NCBI GenBank assembly: GCA_050950145.1
Contig: JBMNHB010000001.1
Span: 492,820-556,819, forward strand
Source of the DNA: Candidatus Dojkabacteria bacterium
GTDB taxonomy: Bacteria > Patescibacteriota > Dojkabacteria > SC72
Length of the DNA: 64,000 nucleotides
Direction of reading: 5' to 3'
The notes under the pieces were generated by a model. That model was not told the origin of the DNA, did not search any database, and saw only the letters and a list, made by a program, of their open reading frames with translations. The position numbers and the translations under genes were made by a program. Below are positions 18,855 to 29,561 of the stretch, piece after piece; position 1 is the stretch's first letter; every line of letters starts with the position of its first letter.

Positions 18855-21569
18855 ATGGCATTAGAATTTGAAAGCAAACAAAAAACAATTATTGGTATAC
18901 ATAACAGAAAAAATAACACCTTTTCTGTTTCAAAAAAAGATAACCCTATACCAAAAGATGAAGATCACTCAATATTCTTACTAACTAGAGATAATTTTTT
19001 TTCCATATCAACACCACAAATCAAATATCTTTTAAAAAGTAGTCCAAAATACGAAAAATTTGAAAATATTAAAAGCATTGTAATAAATACTCTTCTAATA
19101 CCTGGATTACTTATAGCAGTAACATACATTCTTAAGTTTTCATCACTCTTACAAGACTATCCACAAATTACAAAAATACTAAACCTACCCATTGTAAATA
19201 TCCTCTTTGGAATATCAATTTTTTCAATCTTGCTTCTTTGGCATGATTTCTGGGGAGATAGGAATGAACAAATTAATCTTCCTAAAATAAAGAAAATCTC
19301 TCAAAAAGATTTAGATGAAATCAATACTGTTGGTTTTAAATTTGGTAGATATGCAAATTTAGACACTGTAAACTACATCTCTTCAGAGACAATACATTTA
19401 CTATCTGATTTCTGTATTAATGAAACCTTTAAAACCCATACTTGTTACAGCACCCTAATTAAAGAGAGTTTTGAAATACAGCAGATTCTTAGAAGAAGTG
19501 GACTTGAATCATACGAAGAGAAGCTAAAAGAAGCGAGAATTACAGACAAAGAGGTAAATAATTTTGACTTTACATCAATTAGAGGATTGCTTATTTACGC
19601 CTTAGAAGAAGCACTACTAACTGAAAGTAAACGTATTGAACCCCAACACATATTCTTGGCAATTACAAAAATCAATCCTTCTATACAAAAACTATTACAA
19701 AAAGAGAATCTAAATATAGATATCCTCAGAGAGGTCGTTAAATACCATAATTTCTTAATTCAAAGGAGAGCAAAACCATTAGATCCCGACATCCCATACT
19801 ACCGAAAAGGGGGTATAGGAAAAGCTTGGATTTACGGATGGACTTTCATTCTTGGACACTTCAGTAAAGAAGTTAATAAAACAATTGCAAGCTCAAAAGA
19901 TATTTTTGGAATAGGACATGATGAAGAAGTAGAAAGTTTAGTCTCAACATTGGGTAAAGTTACAAACAAAAATGCGTTATTAATAGGAGAACCAGGTGTT
20001 GGGAAATCTAGCATTATTCTCGGATTAGCACAAAGAATTAATAGGGGTGATGTACCCATTCAATTAAAAGATAAAAGAATTATAGAATTAGACATTAATG
20101 CTCTAATTGCACAATCACAAAATACAGGAAATCTAGAAGAATTAATTATCAAAGCTATGACTGAGTTAGCAAAAGCAGGAAATACAATTCTTTACATAGA
20201 TGAGATACAACAGATAATACCTGTAAAAGCAGCAGAGAGTGGACATAGTATAGCAGGAATAATGCTACCATATATATTAAATAGCCAATTCCCAATAGTT
20301 GGAAGTATTAACTACGCTGATTACAAGAAATATTTTTACACAAACGAATCTCTAAGACAGAGTTTTACAAACATAGAAACCAAAGAAATTTCTGCAGCAG
20401 ATGCTTTAACAATCCTAGAAAGTAAAATACCATCATTAGAGAGTAACTTTAATTGCTTTGTAACATTTCCAGCCCTTTTTGCAGCAGTAGAAGTCTCTCA
20501 GAGATATATTAGAGACAGAAAGTTGCCAAGTAGTGCAGTGCAAACTATAGAAGCAACATGTTCGTGGGCACAAGCAAATGGAATAAACAAGATTACAGCT
20601 GAACATGTGTCAAAAGCAATTTCTATACAAAGAAATATTAACATCGCAGAAATTGATCAAGATGAAAGTAATAAATTGATGAAGTTAGAAGAAAATATAA
20701 AGAATAAGATTGTAGGACAGGATGAAGCTGTAACTGCAATATCCGAAGCATTAAGAAGAGCAAGAGCAGATATTAGGAATCCAAACAAACCAATAGGTTC
20801 TTTCCTATTCATTGGTCCAACTGGTGTAGGTAAAACATATCTAGCAAAAGTAGTAGGAGAAGAATATTTCGGATCACAAGATACAATTATAAGATTAGAT
20901 ATGTCTGAGTACCAAGAAGTTTCAAGTATTAATAAATTTTTAGGAACATCCGAAGGCGATAGTCTGCTAGGAGTAACAGAGATTTCACTAATAGATAGAA
21001 TTAAGAGAAATGCCCATACAGTGGTTCTTTTTGACGAAATTGAAAAAGCACATCCAGACATTCTAAATCTTTTCCTACAGATCTTTGATGAAGGTAGGTT
21101 AACCAGTACTCAAGGAGAAACAGTTGATTTCACACATTCAATCATTATCTGTACAAGTAATATTGGAAGTAAGATACTTCTAGATTCCCTTAACGAACCC
21201 AACATTATATGGGAAGAAGTAAAAGAAAGAGTTCTATTAGAATTAAGACAATTAATGAAGCCAGAACTAATTAACAGATTTGATGATATTATTGTTTTCC
21301 AACCACATGATACAAGTAACCTATCTGAAATAGCAGTATTAGAATTAAACCAACTAGCAAAGAGATTAGCAGAAAAAGAAATAACCATTAAGTGGTCAGC
21401 TCAAATTCCAATGCTAATTGCAAATAAATCAAATGAACCAGGAATGGGTGCAAGACCAATGAAGAGATATATCCAAGATAATATAGAAGGGCAAATTGCA
21501 AAAGGAATAATTGAGCAGACAATAAAGCCCGGAGAGGAGATTGAAATCAAGGAAAGCTGGATAACATAA
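18855..21569 (+). CDS. ClpA/B/C-type AAA+ ATPase with N-terminal transmembrane segments
   Basis: Two AAA modules (GEPGVGKS, LYIDE; GPTGVGKT, RLDMSEY, LFDEIEKAH, GARP); two hydrophobic helices near residues 75-130. Confidence 0.9.
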   Translation: MALEFESKQKTIIGIHNRKNNTFSVSKKDNPIPKDEDHSIFLLTRDNFFSISTPQIKYLLKSSPKYEKFENIKSIVINTLLIPGLLIAVTYILKFSSLLQDYPQITKILNLPIVNILFGISIFSILLLWHDFWGDRNEQINLPKIKKISQKDLDEINTVGFKFGRYANLDTVNYISSETIHLLSDFCINETFKTHTCYSTLIKESFEIQQILRRSGLESYEEKLKEARITDKEVNNFDFTSIRGLLIYALEEALLTESKRIEPQHIFLAITKINPSIQKLLQKENLNIDILREVVKYHNFLIQRRAKPLDPDIPYYRKGGIGKAWIYGWTFILGHFSKEVNKTIASSKDIFGIGHDEEVESLVSTLGKVTNKNALLIGEPGVGKSSIILGLAQRINRGDVPIQLKDKRIIELDINALIAQSQNTGNLEELIIKAMTELAKAGNTILYIDEIQQIIPVKAAESGHSIAGIMLPYILNSQFPIVGSINYADYKKYFYTNESLRQSFTNIETKEISAADALTILESKIPSLESNFNCFVTFPALFAAVEVSQRYIRDRKLPSSAVQTIEATCSWAQANGINKITAEHVSKAISIQRNINIAEIDQDESNKLMKLEENIKNKIVGQDEAVTAISEALRRARADIRNPNKPIGSFLFIGPTGVGKTYLAKVVGEEYFGSQDTIIRLDMSEYQEVSSINKFLGTSEGDSLLGVTEISLIDRIKRNAHTVVLFDEIEKAHPDILNLFLQIFDEGRLTSTQGETVDFTHSIIICTSNIGSKILLDSLNEPNIIWEEVKERVLLELRQLMKPELINRFDDIIVFQPHDTSNLSEIAVLELNQLAKRLAEKEITIKWSAQIPMLIANKSNEPGMGARPMKRYIQDNIEGQIAKGIIEQTIKPGEEIEIKESWIT

Positions 21570-21653
21570 CTGAAATTAACTTAAACCGACCTATAAGAAG
21601 ATTAAAATTCTATTAAATATACAGATAAACATATACTAGAAAAGAATAAACTA

Positions 21654-21668
21654 ACAGACCTGGTCTGT
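21654..21668. repeat. Short REP-related palindrome ACAGACCTGGTCTGT
   Basis: Perfect palindrome with one central base; the same core occurs at 42008, 62101 and 62274. Confidence 0.75.
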
Positions 21669-21669
21669 C

Positions 21670-21698
21670 TTGAAAAATATTGATATATAAAATATAAT
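21670..21698 (+). promoter_or_regulatory. Sigma70-type promoter of the rpmF operon
   Basis: TTGAAA-N17-TATAAT. Confidence 0.7.
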
Positions 21699-21727
21699 CG
21701 TCAAGTTAATATATACTTTAAATAAAA

Positions 21728-21886
21728 ATGGGTGCACTACCAAAAAGAAGAATTTCTAAGGCTAGAAAAGGAAGAAGAAGAGCACATAATGCATTGAAGC
21801 TGGAAGGTGTTTCAAAATGTCCAAAGTGTGGAAGCTTAAAGAGAAGCCACTTTGTCTGTCCTAATTGTGGAACATATAAGAAATAA
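21728..21886 (+). CDS. rpmF: 50S ribosomal protein L32 (absent from the ORF track)
   Basis: My translation: [20 protein letters not shown]...CPKCG...[12 protein letters not shown]; TAATG overlap with nusB. Confidence 0.96.
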   Translation: MGALPKRRISKARKGRRRAHNALKLEGVSKCPKCGSLKRSHFVCPNCGTYKK

Positions 21887-22329
21887 TGAAGAGATCTACA
21901 GATCCAAGACATCTTGCTAGAATACTTGCACTGCAAAGTCTTTTTACTAAATATTTTGCACAAGAAGACATTGTAACAGATATGATACCTGTTACAGAGT
22001 TACTCACGATAGATGAAATAGAGGAATACAATACTGAATTGTTTGAAAAAATTACCAAGGGTGTTGTTAAGAATATAGATGAGATAGACAAGATGATTAC
22101 AAAGTATGCTCCTCAATGGCCGATTAAACAAATGAAGCTTGTTGATTTACAGATATTAAGAATAGCTATCTATGAAGGCTTCATTGAAGAAATTACCCCA
22201 CCTAAAGTATCAATAGATGAAGCTATTGAAATTGCAAAAGATTTCGGTGGTCAAAGTAGTGGAAAATTCGTAAATGGTGTACTAGGAGCAATATATGAAG
22301 AGATGAAAAAGGAGGAAGAAAATGAATGA
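21886..22329 (+). CDS. nusB: Transcription antitermination factor NusB
   Basis: [33 protein letters not shown] and FVNGVL motifs. Confidence 0.96.
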   Translation: MKRSTDPRHLARILALQSLFTKYFAQEDIVTDMIPVTELLTIDEIEEYNTELFEKITKGVVKNIDEIDKMITKYAPQWPIKQMKLVDLQILRIAIYEGFIEEITPPKVSIDEAIEIAKDFGGQSSGKFVNGVLGAIYEEMKKEEENE

Positions 22330-23023
22330 AATTAAGGAAATAGAAGAAAAAATAGGGATATCATTCAAGAACAAAACATATCTTGAAACTGCATTTACTC
22401 ATAGATCATACCTAAATGAAAATAAGGAAGAGGATATAGAAAACAATGAGAGATTAGAATTTCTAGGAGATGCGGTTCTAGAATTAATAATATCTTCTAA
22501 CCTCTATCATAACTATTTAGATAAAGCAGAAGGAGAACTAACAAGTATAAGAGCAGCTATTGTTAGAACAGAAAGCTTGGCAGAAGAGACAAAGAAACTT
22601 GACGTTGGACAATATTTAAGAATGTCTAAAGGAGAGAAAGATTCTGGAGGAGAAGAGAAACCATATCTTCTAGCAAACCTTTATGAGGCAATACTTGGAG
22701 CAATATATCTTGATGCTGGGTATGAGGAGTGTCGTAATTTTGTAGATAGAACACTTCTTAAAAAGATTAAAAAGATTATTAATGAAAAGCTTTTTATAGA
22801 CCCTAAAACAAAGATACAGGAAATTATGCAGAGTAGATTTAAGATAACTCCAACATATGAAATTATTAAAGAAGAAGGTCCTGATCATAATAAGTCTTTT
22901 ACCGTAGCACTCATGAGAGGAAAGAAAAAAATAGTAGAAGGAGTAGGACAGAGTAAACAGAAAGCAGAAGAAGATGCTGCTAGTAATGCAATAGAGATTT
23001 TTGAGAATGAAGCAGAATCTTGA
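22322..23023 (+). CDS. rnc: Ribonuclease III
   Basis: [19 protein letters not shown] signature and C-terminal dsRBD. Confidence 0.98.
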   Translation: MNEIKEIEEKIGISFKNKTYLETAFTHRSYLNENKEEDIENNERLEFLGDAVLELIISSNLYHNYLDKAEGELTSIRAAIVRTESLAEETKKLDVGQYLRMSKGEKDSGGEEKPYLLANLYEAILGAIYLDAGYEECRNFVDRTLLKKIKKIINEKLFIDPKTKIQEIMQSRFKITPTYEIIKEEGPDHNKSFTVALMRGKKKIVEGVGQSKQKAEEDAASNAIEIFENEAES

Positions 23024-23056
23024 ATTAAATAAGTTCTTTTGATAAAATTCAGCACT

Positions 23057-23353
23057 ATGTTAAAAATAAGACTAAAAAGAGTTGGTAGAAGTAAAGACCC
23101 TAGTTACAGAATTGTAGTAATGGAGTCTACTCAACCTAGAGGTGGAAAAACCAAAGATGAGATTGGTATCTATGACCCTAGAAAAAACCTATTTGATGTT
23201 GATAAAGAAAAAGCAGAGAAATGGTTAAAGAATGGGGCTCAGCCAACAGACACTATTGCACAATATTTTGTAAAAGAAGGACTTCTAAAGAAGTTAAAAA
23301 GAGGTTCTACCAAACCAAGTACAAAGAAGAAAGCAGAAAAAGCAGAAGAGTAG
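23057..23353 (+). CDS. rpsP: 30S ribosomal protein S16
   Basis: MLKIRLKRVG...YRIVV...WLKNGAQPTDT. Confidence 0.97.
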   Translation: MLKIRLKRVGRSKDPSYRIVVMESTQPRGGKTKDEIGIYDPRKNLFDVDKEKAEKWLKNGAQPTDTIAQYFVKEGLLKKLKRGSTKPSTKKKAEKAEE

Positions 23354-23389
23354 TATAATTTATTTACATAATATATTACCTATACAAGA

Positions 23390-23704
23390 ATGAAAGAATT
23401 ACTAGAGTACATAGTTAAGTCTATTGTAAATGTTCCTGATGCTGTAGAGATTGAAGAGAAGGAAAGTGTAGACTTTCCTGGTCTTACAATCCTCACTATT
23501 AATGTCGCAGAAGACGACAAAGGTGTAGTCATTGGTAGGAAAGGAAGAACTATTAATGCTATCAGAGACTTAATCACTATTAATGCAATTAGAACAAACA
23601 GAAGAGTAAAAGTATTGATTAAAGATGATTCAAGAGAAGATAACGAAAAAAGTAATCATAAATCTAATGAGGTAGATGAAAGTATCTTTGAAGATGAGAT
23701 CTAA
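23390..23704 (+). CDS. khpA: KH-domain RNA-binding protein KhpA
   Basis: DKGVVIGRKGRTINAIR (GxxG KH motif); follows rpsP as in known synteny. Confidence 0.9.
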   Translation: MKELLEYIVKSIVNVPDAVEIEEKESVDFPGLTILTINVAEDDKGVVIGRKGRTINAIRDLITINAIRTNRRVKVLIKDDSREDNEKSNHKSNEVDESIFEDEI

Positions 23705-24426
23705 TTATCAGTTACATCTGAGCTAAGTCTCTTAGCTTTATCTTTTAATATTTCCATTGCATCAGAAAAATCTGTATATGGTTTAAATGGTTGATACAGA
23801 TTAAAGACTGCATAATCATCCTCTGTAATATAATATCCTGTTAAACTAAGCTTAACTTCCCATCTTTCAGCACTTCTTTCCAATGAAATATTTTCAGGAG
23901 AAACAATATATGGAGAAGAAGTATAGAAACTATCTAAGAAAGATAAAACATTTTCTAAAGAACCATAATAAGCTAAAGGACCATTAACACCCTTATACCT
24001 CTCATTCTGTTTGTCGTCTTCTTTTTTTGTAGTACCAATATTAACATCACCTGCAGAAATAGAATCAGCTGTTAAATTCTTAAGTCTAGCAAGCTCATCA
24101 ATATAATAGAGGAAACTAGAGACCTTTAATGTCCTAGGTATAACGTTTTTTACATCAATTAAATCTTTTGTTAATTGGTCTTCAGAAATCTTCTCTACAG
24201 ATTCTTTTAAAGTAGTAAGCTGCTTACTTTTTGATTCAATACTCTTCAATTCGGTACGATATCCAGATGCTTTGGTTAACATTGGAATGAAGAGAAAAAC
24301 AGTTATTAGTATCAAGATGATAGCAACAACTATTGGAATAACTAAATCCTTAAACTTTAATCTAGTACCTTTTACTCTCTCACTAATACTTTCTAATTTT
24401 TTCTTGTTATTCGTTTGTCGTATCAT
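23701..24426 (-). CDS. PilO-like pilus assembly protein
   Basis: Single TM plus coiled coil; third gene of the pilM-N-O arrangement. Confidence 0.65.
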   Translation of the reverse strand: MIRQTNNKKKLESISERVKGTRLKFKDLVIPIVVAIILILITVFLFIPMLTKASGYRTELKSIESKSKQLTTLKESVEKISEDQLTKDLIDVKNVIPRTLKVSSFLYYIDELARLKNLTADSISAGDVNIGTTKKEDDKQNERYKGVNGPLAYYGSLENVLSFLDSFYTSSPYIVSPENISLERSAERWEVKLSLTGYYITEDDYAVFNLYQPFKPYTDFSDAMEILKDKAKRLSSDVTDN

Positions 24427-25096
24427 TTTTATTTTCTAAACTTTTAGTGTTAAATGCACCTTCTTTCATAGTTACCTTAAAAGAAAATCTAACTGAGTCA
24501 TCTAATTTTGATATAGAGTCTAAAATAGCATTATCTACCTTCTCATCTTCCGTTAAAAGATACCAGAATCTAGATACTGTATCTAAAGTATTTCCCTTAC
24601 CTTCAAAATCTAAACTTGTATCAGATCTAAAAATAAACCTATCTAAATGAATATTTTGATCAAAAGAAGCTATATTAGAGAAATAATCAAAAATAATTTT
24701 AGGAGAATATTGATTAGATTCAATGTCGTTATATAAGTAAATTCTCTTCAAAATCTCATTATTAGATAATATTTTTGAACTAAATTGCTTCATATCCTGT
24801 TCTTGTTTGGATAAATTTGTTTTAGCATTATCAACCTGAATCTTAGAAACAGTAGTAAAGACAACAATTGATATTGTAATAACTAAAAAGACAATAATAC
24901 TAACGATTGCAGATATATTAAGTTTAACTTTTTTCTTTTCTGCAACTACTTCTGAGCGAGACATTATTGGGATAAGATTTATAGAACTGTCATGATCCGC
25001 TATAAATGTATCCTCCTGCTTTTTAGGTTTTACCTCTTTAGCAGTCTGTGAAACTACTTTTTCTGATTTGTTTTTTACTTCTTGTTCCTTATTCAT
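24407..25096 (-). CDS. PilN-like pilus assembly protein
   Basis: INLIP PilM-binding motif before a TM; follows pilM. Confidence 0.75.
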   Translation of the reverse strand: MNKEQEVKNKSEKVVSQTAKEVKPKKQEDTFIADHDSSINLIPIMSRSEVVAEKKKVKLNISAIVSIIVFLVITISIVVFTTVSKIQVDNAKTNLSKQEQDMKQFSSKILSNNEILKRIYLYNDIESNQYSPKIIFDYFSNIASFDQNIHLDRFIFRSDTSLDFEGKGNTLDTVSRFWYLLTEDEKVDNAILDSISKLDDSVRFSFKVTMKEGAFNTKSLENKNDTTNE

Positions 25097-26120
25097 CTTT
25101 CAAAGCTAATCCTATTGCAACTGTATAAGATGGAGCTCCTTTCATTGCAATATCTTCAAATTTTTTATCCATTATAATATTATTCCATGGCATAGCTATC
25201 ATCGCATTTGCATTTAAACTCTTTGTTACATATTCTCTCAGACCAGGAAGTAAAGCACCATCACCACTTAGAATATAGTCAGTTGGAGCAATAGAAAAAG
25301 TTCTACTCTTAAAGAATTCAACACCTCTTCGTACCTCAACCATTATAGATTCAATAATAGGGGTAAGTACAGAATATATTTTACCTTCTAATACAGTCTC
25401 TACAACACCATAGTTTCTCTTAAACTCCTCAGCTCTCTGATTATCAAAATTGAATTTGTTAACTATTGCCTGTGTTAATGAGTCAGAACCAATTGCAATA
25501 CTTTGTGAGAATACTAAATATCCCTCTGAGATTATACTCATATCTGTACTATTTGCACCGAAATCTAGCATTACAACAGCTTTTTTACCAGTAGATTTAT
25601 ATATAGCTCGGCCCATTGCTACAGATTCTGTTTCAATTGAAAGTAGATCTAGCCCTGCCTGTGCTGCAATATTAATATATATATCTACAACCTTTTTAGC
25701 AGCTGCTACAACTAATACTCTAGGAGCATTTTTTTCCGTATTAAAACCAATAGGAACATAGTCTAACTGTACTTCATTAAGGGGTAGGGGAATATATTGT
25801 TTAGCTTCATAATATACAGCTTCCTTTAGTTCCTCCTGCTTTACACCTGGTAGTTCAAAAAATCTAGTAAAAACTGAGAACTCTGGAAGTGCCATTACTA
25901 CCTGTTTATTTTTAATTGCAGAGGCATCATAAAGTCTTTTAAGAACATCTGAAAGTTTCTTTTGATCTGCAACATCTTCGCTATTTATTACCCCCTTAGG
26001 TGTAGCTTGAGCTCCAAGATTTACAAGCCTTGGTTTGTCCGTAGAAATACCAGCTAGCTCTACAGCTTTTACAGAGTGAGTTCCAAAATCAATTCCAACA
26101 TGATCGGGCAGTTTAGCCAT
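25089..26120 (-). CDS. pilM: Type IV pilus assembly protein PilM
   Basis: VGIDFGTHSVKAVEL, EAKQYIP, LDFGA, LSGDGA and AIGLALK (actin-like fold). Confidence 0.93.
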   Translation of the reverse strand: MAKLPDHVGIDFGTHSVKAVELAGISTDKPRLVNLGAQATPKGVINSEDVADQKKLSDVLKRLYDASAIKNKQVVMALPEFSVFTRFFELPGVKQEELKEAVYYEAKQYIPLPLNEVQLDYVPIGFNTEKNAPRVLVVAAAKKVVDIYINIAAQAGLDLLSIETESVAMGRAIYKSTGKKAVVMLDFGANSTDMSIISEGYLVFSQSIAIGSDSLTQAIVNKFNFDNQRAEEFKRNYGVVETVLEGKIYSVLTPIIESIMVEVRRGVEFFKSRTFSIAPTDYILSGDGALLPGLREYVTKSLNANAMIAMPWNNIIMDKKFEDIAMKGAPSYTVAIGLALKDE

Positions 26121-26180
26121 GTTTATTTAATTCTTAAGTTATCTTTTAATATAATATATCAGGGATGTAGATAGTTTCAA

Positions 26181-26573
26181 CTATTCTAAATCACCAATAT
26201 ACTTGTTTAATTCCTTAACCAATCCTTCATAATCTAAATCTGTTTTAACAAGATATGAGGATGCTCCCAATGTAAATGATTCTCTAATAACAGATTCACT
26301 TGTCATATTTGTGAGTATAATAACAGGGGCATCTCCATATTTCCCTGTATTTGTCTTTATAGCTCTTAATACCTCCAAACCATCTACACCAGCCATCATT
26401 AAGTCTAACAAGATGATATCTACATTACCTAAGTTCTTTGCCAATATATCCAATGCCTGATATCCATCAGAAGCTATCAATACATTTAACCCTGCTGACT
26501 CTACCAATTCTTTGTAAGACTCAAGCAAGTCCTTTTCATCTTCTACTATTAATACTGTTTTGTTTTTACTCAT
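26181..26573 (-). CDS. Single-domain response regulator
   Basis: VLIVEDE, LLDLMM, VIILTN and YLVK receiver motifs. Confidence 0.92.
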   Translation of the reverse strand: MSKNKTVLIVEDEKDLLESYKELVESAGLNVLIASDGYQALDILAKNLGNVDIILLDLMMAGVDGLEVLRAIKTNTGKYGDAPVIILTNMTSESVIRESFTLGASSYLVKTDLDYEGLVKELNKYIGDLE

Positions 26574-26622
26574 GTGTAGTAATTCTTTAAATTTAGTAGT
26601 TCTAACTAATAATATTAATATC

Positions 26623-27333
26623 TTACCATATTACTCCCTCTGTTTTAACAACTGCTTGTCTATAAAAACTTCTATTTAACAATCCACCTTTTGCAAAATA
26701 CCAGTATACTGCAGAACTCTTTAAATCAAACTGTATTATTTTATTATAATCGTCTCCTGCTAAACTCTGTTTTATCTTAAAATCCTCAATATTCGCAAAT
26801 CTGGAGTTGAGAACTAAATAATTAGATTGATGGTTAACCTCAGGATTAAAACATCCTTTATGACCTTCAATATTATTATCCATATCCTCAATAGATGTTT
26901 TTAAAATATATCCTTTTACCACACCAGCATTATCAGTATCAGAAGGAGATCCTTTGTAATATGCAACACATAACCATCTACTAGAACCATTGGGCTTAAT
27001 ATGTATCTCATTTCCCGTCCCTGTTGTTACTTCCGTAAAGACTCCATCTCTAATACTAACATTATTATTAATGGTATCAAATTCTCTTCCACTACTATCA
27101 AATATCTTCACATAATCTGGACTCGTTGTTCTTATAGTTCTTTTAAGTAACTCAAGTACATACTCTGAATCCGTTCTAATTCTCGCTTTATTAGTAGCCG
27201 TGGTAGATACTCTTAGAAGAGTAGTTAAAACAAGTGCAGAGATTAACATAATAAAGCCGAGAAGAACTGTAGTTATTAACATTTCTATTAAACTAAAACC
27301 TTCATATGTTTTTCTTTTGTACACTCTTATCAT
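26623..27333 (-). CDS. Minor type IV pilin
   Basis: Class III signal G-FSLIEML plus hydrophobic helix. Confidence 0.85.
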   Translation of the reverse strand: MIRVYKRKTYEGFSLIEMLITTVLLGFIMLISALVLTTLLRVSTTATNKARIRTDSEYVLELLKRTIRTTSPDYVKIFDSSGREFDTINNNVSIRDGVFTEVTTGTGNEIHIKPNGSSRWLCVAYYKGSPSDTDNAGVVKGYILKTSIEDMDNNIEGHKGCFNPEVNHQSNYLVLNSRFANIEDFKIKQSLAGDDYNKIIQFDLKSSAVYWYFAKGGLLNRSFYRQAVVKTEGVIW

Positions 27334-27896
27334 AATGCTATAATACTTGCATAATTATAATCTTTTACATTATTCTTACGAGTAAAGTCACCTTTACTCT
27401 GTATATGTCCTACCTTTACTACCACATTCAAATATTTTGATTGGGATAGGGAAGGAGCAGAGAGGCAAACATATCGGAAATACTCTTTCTTTTCTCCTGT
27501 TACATCTTGTTCTACAATAACAATTTTGCTGTCATTTCTATCTACAGGTTCCACTATTTTTGTATATACATTATTATCTTTTTTAAAATCAAATACTGTT
27601 CTATCTGCTGTTTCATCTACTATATATGGTACGTAACAGTTAGTAGCACCTGCTAATAAATCAAATTTTTCTTTTGGATCTTCTCCTTTATTTTTCATTT
27701 CAAGTATTATAGCTTCTGTCATAGTTGCTCCTTCTATAGCAAACTGTGTCATCTTATCTATTCTTTCATTCTGTACAGCATCCATTAAAGTACTGGCTGC
27801 TAGTCTCATTAGAACAACAGATGCTACACCAACAATCATAATAGCTATTAGAGATTCAACAAAACCTACAGCTTTATATTTTTTTATATTACTCAT
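27330..27896 (-). CDS. Minor type IV pilin (PilV-like)
   Basis: KKYKA-VGFVESLIAIMIVG pilin-like N-terminus with Glu at +5. Confidence 0.7.
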   Translation of the reverse strand: MSNIKKYKAVGFVESLIAIMIVGVASVVLMRLAASTLMDAVQNERIDKMTQFAIEGATMTEAIILEMKNKGEDPKEKFDLLAGATNCYVPYIVDETADRTVFDFKKDNNVYTKIVEPVDRNDSKIVIVEQDVTGEKKEYFRYVCLSAPSLSQSKYLNVVVKVGHIQSKGDFTRKNNVKDYNYASIIAL

Positions 27897-28677
27897 TTGC
27901 TTCAACAATTACTCTTCCTGACATATTATATATTGTTATTTTCTTTCCTTTACCTCCAATACTTGGTTTTATTCTCATAACAAAATTGGTCGCATCCTCC
28001 CTAGGAGTCATTGGTGTCTCAGCAAGATTATAATTCAAGAGACGACCAAAGACATTATAGAAGAATGTTCTACCTGTCACAGATTCAAATAGTACATATC
28101 TAACAGTTTTGTTACGAATCGTATCTGTAGATAGTTGATTCACCTCTATAGTTCCTTTAGGAGGGTTAGCATCTATTCCTGTACCAACTCTCCCATCTCC
28201 ATAAAGTATATGTTCTTTCAACATTTGTTGTGAGCCATCTGTTCCACAATTTCCTGGAATAATTTCATCAAAATTTGTTTTTGGTATTTCTGAATTACCT
28301 GTACCTACAGTAGATGGCATGGTTGGATCATAATTAGGAACTAATGAACTTGTCCTCAAATCTCCATAGTCAGAAAATCCTGAGCACCATTTAAATACCT
28401 TGTACTGTCCATAAGTATCATCATTATTTATACTTCCAAAATCAATCCCTATGCCATATATCCAACCTTCATTTGATTTCTTTTCTAATAACATTGCATC
28501 TCTTTGTGCCTTTCTAATATTCTGTTCTAAATTGTTAGTATATTCATTTAGTCTAATTGTAGCTTGTAAGTTTTGATATGTAGCAAGAGATAGGGTAATA
28601 ATGGTAATTATTACTGCTATAACAATTAACATCTCTATAAGAGTAAAAGTTGAGTATTTTGAATTTTTGTAAAACAT
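27889..28677 (-). CDS. Minor type IV pilin (FimT/GspH-like)
   Basis: KYST-FTLIEMLIVIAVI N-terminus. Confidence 0.8.
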   Translation of the reverse strand: MFYKNSKYSTFTLIEMLIVIAVIITIITLSLATYQNLQATIRLNEYTNNLEQNIRKAQRDAMLLEKKSNEGWIYGIGIDFGSINNDDTYGQYKVFKWCSGFSDYGDLRTSSLVPNYDPTMPSTVGTGNSEIPKTNFDEIIPGNCGTDGSQQMLKEHILYGDGRVGTGIDANPPKGTIEVNQLSTDTIRNKTVRYVLFESVTGRTFFYNVFGRLLNYNLAETPMTPREDATNFVMRIKPSIGGKGKKITIYNMSGRVIVEANE

Positions 28678-28729
28678 AGAGGGCAGATTCAAATTACTAC
28701 TATTAATTTATCATATTGATTAATAACAA

Positions 28730-29482
28730 TCAATTAGAAATACACATACTTAATAAGGTGTTGAATATCTCTGTTCCCCATATGGATGAGATTAGAAATG
28801 ATATAGTAAAGAATGGAATCATTGGTATTTTAATTCCTTTTAATCTTTTCTTTTGTAATATACCAAAACATATCGCATAGAGTAGGGCAGTGAAGATACT
28901 TAACCAGAAAAGAACTGCAAATTGTTTGTAGTCTATAGCTAATCCTAATGATAGTAGAATTAAGATATCACCAAAACCAAATGATTTTTTAATTATTAAA
29001 GTTAGGAGAGAGATAACAAGAAGTATACCTACAGTTAAGAGTACAGAGGTTAGGTTTAGATTAAAGAATATGAATATTAGTAAAGATATACCAATCAGTA
29101 TGTGTACTAGTATTCTAGGTACTTCTCTATAGAGAATGTCGTAATAGGAGAGGATGAAGAGAAAAAGAAGTAGAATCCATATATAGAAAGGAACTGAGTA
29201 CATATACATTAGTAAGAAAGATATACCTAAAAACAACTCAGAGAGAGGATATATTATATTTACCTTTGTATTACATTTAGAACATTTACCGCCAATATAT
29301 ATATATCCCAGTATGGGAACCAACTCATACCATGTAAGTTTCTTTTTACATTCTTCACAGTAAGAACTCTGGGTAAGTAGCGCTTTTAGTTTAATACCTT
29401 TCTCTATTCTATATAATGTAGCATTTATATAGCTTGCTATAGATGCTCCTAAGAAGAATATACAGATATATATAATTACCAT
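28730..29482 (-). CDS. pilD: Prepilin peptidase (A24)
   Basis: SYCEECKKKLTWYELVPILGY...GKCSKC Zn motifs, YD and GFGD aspartates, IPMIPF. Confidence 0.9.
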   Translation of the reverse strand: MVIIYICIFFLGASIASYINATLYRIEKGIKLKALLTQSSYCEECKKKLTWYELVPILGYIYIGGKCSKCNTKVNIIYPLSELFLGISFLLMYMYSVPFYIWILLLFLFILSYYDILYREVPRILVHILIGISLLIFIFFNLNLTSVLLTVGILLVISLLTLIIKKSFGFGDILILLSLGLAIDYKQFAVLFWLSIFTALLYAICFGILQKKRLKGIKIPMIPFFTISFLISSIWGTEIFNTLLSMCISN

Positions 29483-29513
29483 ATATCTATTATATATATG
29501 ATTAGATAAAAGA

Positions 29514-29537
29514 AAAACCCCTCAGAAGAGGGGTTTT
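29514..29537 (-). terminator. Intrinsic terminator after the major pilin gene
   Basis: AAAACCCCTC-AGAA-GAGGGGTTTT perfect 10-bp stem, followed by a U-rich tract on the minus strand. Confidence 0.8.
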
Positions 29538-29561
29538 AATTTCTAGATAATTAAGGGGGCA

